64,000 nt of DNA from Carcharhinus amblyrhynchos (lineage: Eukaryota): positions 7,812,001 through 7,876,000 of the forward strand of contig OZ336889.1 of the NCBI GenBank assembly GCA_965287045.1, read 5' to 3'. Shown here piece by piece: positions 27,699-38,984 of this stretch (position 1 is the first letter of the stretch; each line of letters begins with the position of its first letter). Position numbers and translations under genes: made by a program. The notes under the pieces are model-generated. The model was not told where the DNA came from and did not search any database. It saw only the letters and a program-made list of their open reading frames with translations.

Positions 27699-28288
27699 TA
27701 GGGCATTGGTGAGGCCGCAGCTGGAGTACTGTGTGCAGTTTTGGGCGCCGCACCTGCGCAAGGATATTTTGGCCCTGGAGGGAGTGCAGAGGAGGTTTAC
27801 TAGGCTGATACCGGAGTTGAGGGGATTGAGCTATGAGGAGAGGCTGAATAAACTAGGCTTGTACTTGTTAGAGTTTAGAAGAATGAGGGGAGATCTCATT
27901 GAGACGTATAAGATGATGAATGGGATGGATAGGATAGAGGTGGAGAGACTCTTCCCGCTCAAAAAAGACAGTAGGACTAGGGGGCACAGCCTGAAGATAA
28001 AGGGGAGGCGGTTTAGAACGGAGTTGAGGAGGAACTTCTTCACTCAAAGGGTGGTGAATCTCTGGAATTCTCTGCCCGTTGAAGTGGTGGAGGCTGCCTC
28101 ACTAAATATTTTTAAGAAGCGGGTTGATGGGTTCTTGATAAGAGAGGGGATTAAGGGTTATGGGGAGAGGGCGGGAAAGTGGAACTGAGCCACAACAGAT
28201 CAGCCATGATCTTATTGAATGGCGGGGCAGGCTCGAAGGGCTAGATGGCCTACTCCTGCTCCTATTTCTTATGTTCTTATGTTCTTAT
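27699..28288 (+). mobile_element. Young CR1 LINE, 5'-truncated
   Basis: Reads RALVRPQLEYCVQFWAP...GERAGKWN*; same tail. Confidence 0.93.
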
Positions 28289-29764
28289 TCACAAGATGCA
28301 GCATTACAGATCTCTGCCTCCTCACTGCCAGTGTCCCAGCTGACTTTCTTGATGTGTTCTTTTAAATGACCCATAAACCAATAAAATTAACAAATTGACA
28401 AATTAACAGCCCTTAAAGGGGCACTATACAAAAATCAACCTTTGTAAGGAAACTTTCAAATTCAATCAACTAACTCAAATTAAAAGTGTTCCCAGAGCTG
28501 ACTGTGCATTCCAACTGCTGTGACTGCACCAGCGAATACTGCATGATCCTTCTCCAGGAATATCCAGGTGTGAGCACACCCACAGAATAAGAGCAGACAG
28601 GTCAAACAACAACCTCCACAACCCTCAATCTGTTAATGACCACTTGTATCAGGCTCACAATCCGACTCACAAGGAGGTCCTTAATCAAACAATACCCATC
28701 ACCTGTGTATCTTTAATCAACCAATCTTTACCAAGGCTGCCAGTTATAAGGTATCCCAATTCTGGAAAGTAAATACGTGTTTCTTTCAATTGTCTTTAAA
28801 GCACAGTAATGAAAACCACATAATGAACTGGGCTGTGCTGCATGTTATTGCAGGTGGAAATAATGGCATATTCCTAATGTTGAGGAGAGGATTCACAGTA
28901 ACCTTTCCTTTATAGAGGAAATATTGGCAGCTTTATCTGAGTTGTCTGAGGGAAGAGAATAATAATGCTGCCTGACATCCATCCTGTTGCTTGTCACTGG
29001 TTGGTGAACACTTTGGCCACATTTGCCTGTCTTTCCCATGTATATGAGGGGAACATCGTAAGTGATTGTGATGTGCTTTTGTTATGGAAAGAAGGATGGG
29101 GAAGAGAAGAGAAATTTTCAGTATTTTACATGCTTAATTATATAAAAAAGGGGTCGCTTCTACAACTTTAAATGGCATGTGGTAATCAATCATAAGAGTA
29201 TTCACAGCCAATAAAAATGCCTTTGATATGGAAAGACCATTTCTCATATCCACAGTCCTGCAACAACAACTGAAGATCTAGAGTTAACTCATTGAAGTCA
29301 TAATCTCTACCTTCTACAGAGTATGGCTTTCAGAAATTCTTTGGTTCAGTTTCTTCTCATTAAGAACAATGCAAGGAATATTTTGAAAGCTACAGCTGAG
29401 ATTCTTTCCTTTGCTCTTTGAAGCATCTTTCATGCTGCAGAAAATCCTTTCAGCTGATGCAGTTATTTCTGTAAGATGAACAGTGCTGTGGATCTGACTA
29501 TTGATATTGCCATGGTAGCTACTCAAGGATTCTAGTGTTAGTGTGAAGTGAATGTGAGAATATTGAGGACTCTGTTCTGGTCTGCCTTATGATTTCAGTT
29601 TTAACACCAATGGATAAGAGTAAGAAAGTATACTGCTGTACTCACATTTAGTGGAGATGCTGGTATTGGACTGGGGTAAACACATGTTGTGAGACTACTT
29701 ACTGTGTTTACTCACATTTTGACAGCTTTTCACCGTTTACATTTTTTAAATAAAACTACAAAAG

Positions 29765-30154
29765 GTTCTGAATGTAGTCCAATCCTTCACGCAAACTAGC
29801 CTCCCATCCATTGAGTCTGTCTACACTTTCTGCTGCCTCAGCAAAGCAGTCAGAATAATTAAGGACCCCACACATCCCCAGGCATCCTCTTCCCACCTTC
29901 TTCCATTGGGAAAAAGATACAGAAGTCTGAGGTCACGTACCAACCGACTCAAGAACAGCTTCTTCCCTGCTGCCATCAGACTTTTGAATGGACCTACCTT
30001 GCATTAAGTTGATCTTTTTCCACCCTAGCTATGACTCTAACACTACGTTCTGTGCTGTCTCCTTTCCTGCTCTATGAATGGTATGCTTTGCGTATTACAC
30101 AAGAAACAATACTTTTCACTGTGTACTAATACGTGTGACAATAAATCAAATCAA
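29765..30154 (+). mobile_element. Rex1/Babar LINE 3' end
   Basis: Translates IIKDPTHP...HLLPLGKRYRSLRSRTNRLKNSFFPAAIRLLN, the Rex1-type ORF C-terminus; tail caataaatcaaatcaa. Confidence 0.8.
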
Positions 30155-31204
30155 CAATCCAATAAATTCTCTGAACCCAGCTACGAAGTGTGTGCATTTT
30201 AGTATGATTAGTTGTTAACTCCATATTTGCATTCTTCATTGTATTGGAAAGGTCCTTTTATCAAAATTGTACCTATTGAGACGGTCAGAACTTTATGGTA
30301 TTCCAGCAGAAGAGTTTTATGTATTAGCTCAATTCATTCAATTTAAAATCACCACAATTTCTTCCAACAAGTTAACTGCCCTGAGCAATAATGAGATGTT
30401 TTTAATGGTTGCGTTATTACATTAAGTTAATATCTGGCCATTTGATCGCCGCATTTTTTTTAAACTATATGGTATATTGGCCCACAAGTTAATGCTGTGA
30501 CATTATGGCCATTCTTGTAACCTGGAAATATTTAAAGTAACTTTAATTTTTCACCAAACACTTAATCACCATTTTATCAAGTTAATTTTCAGCTTCTGCT
30601 TCCACCTGTTCAGTTGGATTATTATAATAGTTTTAGATATTGAGCTTGACACTGTACAGATAGATTAAGCAGATTAGAATGTGACTTTAACAAGTATCTA
30701 CTCATTAGATGGGGATGCACAAGACAGTTCTTTTGATAACTACATATTCTGAAGGAGGGACCAAAAAAATCCATTCTTTACGGTTCTTACTGGTTTTGCT
30801 AATTCACAAAACCGATATCCAGTGAAGACTATCTCCAGGCAAGTATTATCTGTTGCTGCAGCAGCTACATCATTTCAAAAAAACTGGCAGTTTTCTGTTT
30901 CTCTGAGAAATTTTTGAAATAGTTTGCAGTCATGTAATGGTTCTGGATGTAAGCAACTCTGAACCACTGTTGTTTCCTTTGGATTTTTTTATTTGGCAAC
31001 TTTAATGCTGGGAATAAGAATTGGGGCTTTCACAGGAAAGTCCTAAAAGAACTAATCAGAAATTTTAGAAATCACACCATGCTTTCCTTAACCCGGCCTC
31101 CAAAAGCTGTGTTATGATCTGGTTTGTCTATGAAATTACAAAATGTGGCCTTAGTTTATTATTTTGAAACTTATGAATTTGGTATTGCAGTTTGAGATGG
31201 TAAG

Positions 31205-31340
31205 CCCAGCTCCTGCCCATCCACTCAGGTGGGGATAGAGGACTCCATGGCACTCTTGAATCAGAGCAGGGGAGTTCAACAAGTGTCTTGGACCTATATC
31301 TTTCAGCATCAGATGGATAAATGTCATTGTAATGGTCTAG
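31205..31340 (+). mobile_element. Ancient Deu-domain SINE fragment (SacSINE/AmnSINE-like)
   Basis: ctcaggtggggatagaggactccatggcactcttgaatcagagcaggggagttc resembles the Deu core as I recall it; degenerate. Confidence 0.5.
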
Positions 31341-32154
31341 AATGTTGCCGCACTGTCAATAATTAAGACTGACAGTGTGGCACAGGTGGTTATTGACAGC
31401 TGCAGATGCTTAAGCTCCACAATCACCTTTAATGTTGAAATCAACATTTTTTTGCTTTCCAACTTAATATTGATATGGTTCTTGGTCCACTGTAATACAA
31501 TCGACAGAGTGTAGTTACTCATTTGTCCTTTATTGAGTTTGCTGTTTTTCCTTTTAATGTTGATTTCAGTGTGCAAACTAGGATAAACTTTGTACCACCT
31601 GCAAAGAATGCATTTGGGCCATACTGGGTATAGTGTAAATTGAGAACAGAAAATATCCTATTATGTTCTGACCTTAAAACCACAGACTAATTGTTTCCTG
31701 TAATTATACTTTTTGTTGCTTATTTTGGAACCACTAAATATTTGGATTTCTTGTTAAGCTCAACTCTGTACACAGTAACACAATGTTTGTTCTGACAATG
31801 GAAGTAGCAAACTGACAAGAAATGCATTCACTGTAGTCAAGGGTTTACTTCTAGCTGTTGTACAATGCATTTCTTGAGCATTTTTAACTAGGAAATACGC
31901 CTTCATTCCTCAGAAAATGAAATGAAGAATGGAAGCTAGAGTAGGAAGGCTGACAAAAAGCTTGGTTGAAAAGAGAAATTTTAAGTTGGGTCTTAAGGGA
32001 GAAGAAAGAAATAGCATGCCAGAATGTATCAAGAGGGAATTTCAAAATCTGATTAAGGAATGGTCATGCAAGTGGGCAGAAGAAAGGGCAAAGGAACACA
32101 GAATGGCAGTGGCAATTGTAAGGTTATGGGATGTTGAATATAAAGTCAGAGGTT

Positions 32155-32690
32155 TATAGCACGGAGATAGACCCTTCATCCCAAATTGTCCATGCCACCC
32201 TTTTTTTAAACCACAAAATTAGTCCCTATTGTCCGCATTTGGCCCATTTCCTTTAAAGCTATCTTACCCATGTAACTGTCTAAATGCTTTTTAAAAGACA
32301 AAATTGTACCTGCCTCTACTACTACCTCTGGCAGCTTGGTCCAGGTACTCACCACCCTCTGTGCGGGGGAATAAAACGCCCTTTTGGACACTTTTGTATC
32401 TTCTCCCCTCTTGCCTTAAACCTACGTCCTCTAGTTTTAGACTCCCCTCCCTTTGGAAAAAGATATTGACTATGTCGCTGATCTATGCCCCTCATTATTT
32501 TATAGATCTCAATAAGATCACCCCAAACCACCTACACTCCAGAGGAAAAAGTCTCAGTCTATCCAGCCTCTCCTTATAACTCAACTCATCAAGTCCCAGT
32601 AGCATCCTAGTAAATCTTTTCTGCACTCTGTCTATTTAATAATATCCCTTCTATAATATGGTGATCAGAACTGTACACAATCTTCCAAGT
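32155..32690 (-). mobile_element. CR1 LINE 3' end (older subfamily)
   Basis: Minus-strand peptides GDLIEIYKIMRGID and QRVVSTWTKLPEVVVEAGTILSFKKHLD. Confidence 0.85.
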
Positions 32691-33561
32691 ATATGGGGAT
32701 GGGTTTAGGTCGGGAGAAGGGTGGGAGTTATGGACAAAATGGTGCGGTGTTGGGAGAGAACAGCAGTGAGCGAGTCTCTGGCCATGATACTGGTGGAACG
32801 GTGTGAGTGCTGTTGGTTGAACAGTTGCAGTACCAGTTTGTTGGTGAATCAGGAATTGATGTTGTCAATGTTTTAAAAATTTAGTGACCTCTCTTCCCCA
32901 GTGGATGAACTCAATTTTTCAAAAACTCTAGCATGTGAATACCAGGATAGTGAAAGATTAATTAGATGGACCATGTGTCAGTTTTGATCTTGTAGTTCCT
33001 GTATTACTATTCAAAAGATCAATCCACTTACTCCCAGTATGCTGTTGTCTCTCTTCTTTACTGAGACCATTAACAGTTGGGAGAAAGATGGTTCCCGTTA
33101 TTAGATTTTACTTTTGCTCACTATGAAATAACTGCCTGGTACCACAATTTGTCATCTGAAAAATATAGATGTGAAATCCCCTTGAAGGTTCTGCTGCAAA
33201 ATATTAAAGCATCTGTACCATTGAGAATTTACAGAACAAGTTACTGAGCAGTATGGTTCTGAATAATTAAATTTAACTTTGACTTTTTTCTTCACTGTTT
33301 AAATGTTGCTGATTTTGGTGAAGAGGTATGAGGGTTCAGATGGTGATCACTGCATCATACAGTGCAGAAGAGGCCCTCCGACCCCTCGAGTCTGCACTGA
33401 CATGAGAAACGCTTAATCCCATTTAGCAGCACTTGGCCCATAGCCTTGAATGCAATGACATGCCAAGTGCTCATCCGGGTATTTTTTATAGGATATGAGG
33501 CAACCCACCTCCACCACCCTTCCAGGCAATGCATTCCAGACCAATACCACCATCTGGGTTA

Positions 33562-34200
33562 AACAAGAAGTTTCACAACACTAGGTTAAAGTCCAACAGT
33601 TTATTTGCTATCACAAGCTTTTGGAATGCTGTTCCTTCATCAGGTGAGTGGAGAATTGGGTTCACGAACATAGCATTTATAGACGGAGACTTGATTGCAA
33701 GATAATGGTTGGAATGCGAGTCTGTATAGGTAGTCAAGTTTTTACAGATACAGTCAATGCAAGTGGAGAGAGGGATAATAACAGCTTAAAGAGGTGTGAA
33801 TTGTCTCAAGCCAGGACAGTAAGTAGGATTTTGCAAGCCCAGGCCAGATGGTGGGGGTTACATGTAGTGTGACATGAACACAAGATCCTGGTTGAAGCTG
33901 TCCTCATGCGTGTGGAGCTTGGCTATCAGTTTCTGTCTGGCAATTCTGCATTGTCATACGTCTTGAAGGACGCCTTGGAGAAAGCTTACCCGAAGATCGG
34001 AGGTTGAATGTCTTTGACTGCTGAAGTGTTCCCTGATAGGAAGGGAATACTCCTGCCTGGCGATTGTTGCACAGTGTCTGTTCATCCATTGTCGTAGCGT
34101 TTGCATGGTCTTGCTGCCATGCCTCGGGACATCGTTTCCTGCAGCGTGTGAGTCCATGCAGATGTTCTGGCAACGGATGAATGGACGCTTCAAGGGTTCC
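33562..34200 (-). mobile_element. Penelope-like element 3' part with GIY-YIG endonuclease remnant
   Basis: Peptides RCRKRCPEAW and TMQTLRQWMNRH...SLPIREHFSSQRHSTSDLRV fit the PLE GIY-YIG domain. The terminal sequence (ggactttaacctagtgttgtga on the - strand) is also seen in fragments near 18165-18228 and 29650-29710. Confidence 0.8.
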
Positions 34201-34375
34201 ATTCAAGGGTATTCAGCCTCTGACCTCATTTATGCTGCTCATGCACCTCAGTCATGTTGCCCCTCAGCCTTCTCTGCTCCAACGAAAATAACCCAAGCAT
34301 ATCCAACCTCTCCATGACTTAAATGCTCCATCCCAGGCAACATCCTGTTAAATCTCTTCTGCACCCCCTCCAGTA

Positions 34376-34801
34376 TGTGAGAAACACAGCTCACAGTTAA
34401 ACAATTTAGTCAAGTCAAGTTCTGAAGGAGCAAGATTTTATTTGTCGTTCTTGCAAGACCGGGTGTCTAGTCAAAATAGGCACACCTTACATAGATTTGC
34501 AGCACATTTTATACTGTTTTTCAAACATTGTGATGGCTTGTATTGTGTTATTCCCCCTTATTTGGCTGTTAACCTTGTTAACTTTAAACACTGTAAATGG
34601 CTTGTATTGTGTCATTCCTTCAATTAACACTCTCTCAACTCCCATTTTGCGCTTAATCTCATCACTGTGGTTATCTGTTTCGTGTAACCTAGTTAACTGT
34701 CTGTCATGTGCCTCCCCCTTTCTGTATGCTGCTGAACTCGTCCATCACTGCTGATTGTACTGTTGGCTCTTGCAGCCTTAAAAATTACACTACTTCTCAC
34801 A
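34376..34801 (-). repeat. ERV 3' LTR (426 bp)
   Basis: No difference from 39635-40060 found by eye. On the - strand TATAAA is at 34508-34513 and AATAAA at 34437-34442. A 16-bp direct repeat atggcttgtattgtgt occurs at 34533 and 34597. Confidence 0.95.
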
Positions 34802-34803
34802 AT

Positions 34804-34820
34804 CCCCCCTTTTCTTTTTT
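34804..34820 (-). other. ERV polypurine tract
   Basis: AAAAAAGAAAAGGGGGG on the - strand, 2 nt from the 3' LTR. Confidence 0.9.
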
Positions 34821-34905
34821 ACTGTCTGTAATTTTTCACTAGCATCCCTTTTTCCAGGTTTAGTCCAGATATGCGCGAGTAGGTTGTTCCAGTTTGGCTA
34901 ACATA

Positions 34906-36301
34906 CTATTCACTTGCTCGTCCCAATCTTATATAATTTATCCAATCTACGTTCTTATTTATTGTTACCCACCAAAACAAGGATTCAAACCCAGCTGTAA
35001 TCTGATTTCGAGCTTTAAATTCATCTGGAACTCCCCGAGGCACTCCTATGGGATCTAGATATATCTTTTCATCAAAAGAAATTCCTATCACTGATCTCTT
35101 GTTTTTCCTGATCCTTTTGATTTTTCAAATGCCAGGGTAAATGGTATAGCCAATTGGACAATTGCACATGTACCTTTCCACTGAGGGGGTAGAGTTGGCC
35201 TCAGTACCCTTCCTCCACAATACCACCATATATCTGCTCTGGGGATTTTCAATGATGAATAGTTCCCTCCCATTCCGTTCTCTGTAATGCTCCTGACCTC
35301 TGAGCATGATTCTAACTCCCCCATATTATGAGTTAACTCTGCCCTTTGTCGGTTCACACATGAAGTGTGATTCACAACGGCAGTGAGAAACTGAGGGGGA
35401 GTTTTTAAGTTCTTTGCTTCCACAGGAGGGAACATCAGGGATAGGGATGTGCAGTTCGGGTTGCCCCATGCTTCCTTTTCTTGATACAGGGCTAACATGC
35501 ACTCCATACCTCTTCTGTCGCGTTTCCATCCCAGAGGGAAGGGTACTATTTGGGCCACTGGCTTCCCAGACGCACAGGCATAGCAATTGCTTTTATTTAA
35601 GCTTTTTACAGTGTATTTGACCCATTCTACCCAGGCATTAGTCTCCTCATACCCAGTCTCTATTTCAAGGATTTGTTTTAGGTTGTTTACTTCGACCACT
35701 CTTACTGCCCTTGGGTCGTTTTGGGGAACCTTATCATTCTAGTCAGGTGTTTTCAAATTTTTATCTACATAGATTCGGAAACAACATTTCAATTTGCTAT
35801 CTTTTCCTCCCTCCTTTACCCTAATTCCAAATACTGCCTGGTGCAATTGTTGGTCCCTGGTCCAGTTACCTGTAAAGAAGGGCCCACCAGCTATGGAGTA
35901 CCGGGAGAGGTTCTTAGGATCTAAGACTGGACTGCTTATTTTTTTTTTTCAGTCCATTTGGTCCCTATAAGATTGTATTCCTTATCTAGGCATTCTGATC
36001 TTGGCTGCATATGTTTCTGATGAAGGGATATTATGGAAGGGAGTTTACCCCAAGGATACTTTCCGTCGGCATAAAATTGTAAGGATTCTACCGAATATTT
36101 TTGCTGGCTCACCAGATCCCCACATATTACCAAAGAACACAGGTCTGTCTCTACTACCTGTGTTGTAGTGAGATCCAGAACCGTAACTGAGCTCATAGTG
36201 TTTCCCTTGTCCTCTTCTAACTTATCTGAATTATATCCCATACTTGTAAGTACTCTCTTGGACAAGAGGAAGGAAAGCATTATCCAGGTTACCCCTTCCA
36301 T
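34906..36301 (-). pseudogene. env: ERV env pseudogene (signal peptide, SU, start of TM; TM anchor deleted)
   Basis: Signal-like N-terminus MEGVTWIMLSFLLSKRVLTS, CXXC motif CYAC, basic cleavage site RKNKR|SVIG, and DPIGVPRGVPDEFKARNQITAGFES...DWINYI. Lesions: A-run frameshift near 35940, in-frame TAG near 35740, frameshift near 35110, truncation after DWINYI. Confidence 0.85.
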
Positions 36302-36389
36302 TCTATCCCTTTCTCGTTACCTTTTAGGAGAGAACTTAATTCAAAACAGTTCCTTTCCCGCGCTCACGCCGCAACTAAAAATTGATTAT

Positions 36390-36895
36390 TTAGAGTCTTT
36401 TAAATTTCAGCTTCAAAGGTTCTTCAGTCAGTTTGACCATCCACGTGTTGGAATTATCTGGAGGTTTTACCAGTCCCTTGATTATAGTATGATGTGTCCA
36501 CCCCTTTTCAGCAGTCCTGATTACTGTCTCAGTTGTTAGGAGTGCTTCATATGGTTCCTCCCATTCCGGTTGCAGCTTAGTTTCTTTCCATGACTTTACC
36601 AGGACCCGATCTCCTGGTTGAATTGTATGTACCGTGAAGTCGAGGGCTGGAGTCTGCGACAATAATCCTTGTTTCCTAAGGGGAGATATCGAGGAGGACA
36701 GGCCCAGTATATATTTCTTTACAAATTGATCATTCATTTCAGGAACCGGTAACTCCCCGACTGCCCCCATATAAGGTAGTCCAAATAGCATTTCATAGGG
36801 GGATAAACCCAAATCCTTTCGAGGAGCTGTACAAATACGCAAAAGTGCTTTTGGTAAGCACTTAGTCCAAGGGAGTTTCGTTTCTATTATCAGCT
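36390..36895 (-). pseudogene. pol: ERV pol: integrase C-terminal half only
   Basis: Reads ETKLPWTKCLPKALLRICTAPRKDLGLSPYEMLFG...QPGDRVLVKSW...PEWEEPYEALLTTETVIRTAEKGWTHHT. The zinc finger and the first DDE residues are missing. Confidence 0.88.
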
Positions 36896-37490
36896 TAGAT
36901 CCTCTGTCCACTTTAAAACATTAGGTTCTTCTTCTAACAGTTTCAAATATAGTTGTTTAGTTTTCTGTGCGTACCCTTTGATCCACAATCTACAGTATCC
37001 TACTAATCCCAAGAACCTCCTAAGTTCCTTTTTAGTCCATAGTATATTTAGATCTAGGATTCCTTGTATTCTTTCTGGATCTATTCTTCTCCTTCCCTCA
37101 CTGATTAGGTGTCCAAGGTATTTAACTTCCTTCTCTACGTACTGCAGCTTTTTCTTTGACACCCTGAATCCCTGTTGTCCCAGATAATTCAATAAGCTAT
37201 TTGTGGCTTCTATTACCTTTTCCTTTCCTCCTCCTGTTACTAGTAGGTCATCTACATATTGTAACCATCCGTGATCAGGAGGAATCTTGCTTAATAAAAT
37301 ATAAGGATTAGGGACAATGGGGTGTCGCATCGTCACTATCTGGTTCAGGGCCCTTAGGTCCTGTACCAGGCGGTACGTTCCCTCAGGCTTCTTTACAGGC
37401 AATATAGGGGTATTATAAGGGGACATGCAGGGTTCTAACAGTCCATCTCTAACCAATCCTTCAATTACTGGCTGTAAATTTTCTCCTTGT
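36896..37490 (-). pseudogene. pol: ERV pol: reverse transcriptase with internal in-frame deletion
   Basis: GLLEPCMSPYNTPILPVKKPEGTYRLVQDLRALN...PPDHGW is joined directly to LQYVDDLLV at about 37264, so the DLKDAF and LPQG motifs are absent. YLGH and RFLGLVGYCRLWI follow. Confidence 0.9.
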
Positions 37491-38055
37491 CGTCAGCCCA
37501 ATTTTTTTTACCCAAGACTGAGATGTGTTCAATTAATCTGGTTTAAACCTGTTCAATTAATTCAAACTAAGAGAATTCCAATTTTCTTAGTTCTGTCCTT
37601 TTTTTTCAATCATTTCCATTGTTGATCTAGTGGGTGAAATGGATCCCACCCCTAGGTCGCTCTTATCACAGTCCGGTGATACCTATCAGGGGTGATCAGT
37701 CCCCTCCGTACCACCGCTTACACTCGTGAGCTTACACCTTTAAGCTCACACTATTAAGCCGGCTTTCTTTCTTACTCACGTCTGAACATCACATCCCAGG
37801 CATCCTTCTCTAGCCTTTACACCCACTTCAAACTCCTGAGCTTTGCGTAGGGGGCTACCCCTCTTAACAACTGGTCTAGGGCTAGGTGTAAAGACAGATG
37901 CCTCCTTGTCTGTACGTGCTCAGCTCAGACCTCTCACACACACTCACACTTTTTCATCACAGATGAGCACCTACTGTACTTTGATTCACTCCCTTAAATT
38001 TGGTAATCTGTTCCGGAGCTCCAGTTGTGGCCATTCAACCGGACCCGTAAACAGA

Positions 38056-38073
38056 TCCCAGGTTTCAGCACCA
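38056..38073 (-). other. Second, internal primer-binding site (tRNA-Phe-like)
   Basis: TGGTGCTGAAACCTGGGA versus the tRNA-Phe PBS TGGTGCCGAAACCCGGGA: 16/18, with both mismatches being CpG to TpG. Confidence 0.7.
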
Positions 38074-38984
38074 ATCCTTGTAGGTAAAGATACCTCTGAG
38101 ACTAATTGTGGGTCAAAGTACAGCAGTTTAATTAACAAAGCCTGATTCAGAAAATCCAAAATAAGATTTATTTTTATCACCATTAAATATCCTCACTAAA
38201 TCAAGACCCTTGCACCTTCTTACAATTCTGGTACAATAAAACAAAACATCACTTGGAGCACAGATGCACGAAGAAATACTGAAAGCATTCTAATGTGCAA
38301 TCTATATGTTTAATTATTTCTACAGCTCTGCCTTTGTAACCAACACAGGCAAGTACAAAATCAAATCTACTATGTGCCTAAATGGTTATCTCTCCTCACA
38401 ACTTTAAAATGCAATATAATGCCACCTTTCCCACTTGGCAGAATTCAAATCTCTGTCCGATCCCTACATAATTTAGTAAACTTAAAAACTTAAAGCAATT
38501 CACTTTGATTGGCTATATCTATTACATCACATGAGGGTCTCAATTACACAGTTACACCCTCTCTCTCTCTCTCTCTGTACCATACAGAGTCAGCCTGCTT
38601 GTCTCTTTTTAACCCTTTACTGATGGGAGCTCACTGGCCTCTAATAAATTTGACCATGTTTGATTCGGGTGCCTCATGTCGTGACAAATCCCTTTCTCTC
38701 TCAAACAGTCATATAGTCATGCACAATTCCAAATACATAACCACTATGAGCGTTCTCCCCGCACCTCAGTAAAAGCCCATGTCAGGGTTCCCAGTTCCAC
38801 TGACATACTTCTCTCTACCTCTTTCTGCTCAGACCAATTGTAGGTCCATCCCATTCATGCTGATCCATCTATATACTTCGTGACCCATCCACAAACTCCA
38901 GTGCCTCTAGGGGCACCTCCCTTATTCGACTTTCCTCTGTTCCCTCATCACATAACCTCCCCCGCAGCCCCTAAATTAACATTA

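Noticed and set aside
22250-28188. Multi-copy protein-coding gene cluster, or a tandem/CRISPR-like array
   Set aside because: The ORFs are CR1 ORF2 C-termini. The copies have different 5' truncation points and unrelated flanks, and there is no repeat-spacer periodicity.
34442-34754. Duplicated small ORFs (also 39701-40013)
   Set aside because: They are incidental frames on the antisense strand of the two LTRs.
35088-35699. Domesticated env (syncytin-like) gene
   Set aside because: It is separated from its signal peptide by a frameshift and a stop, has no TM anchor, and sits in a very young provirus.
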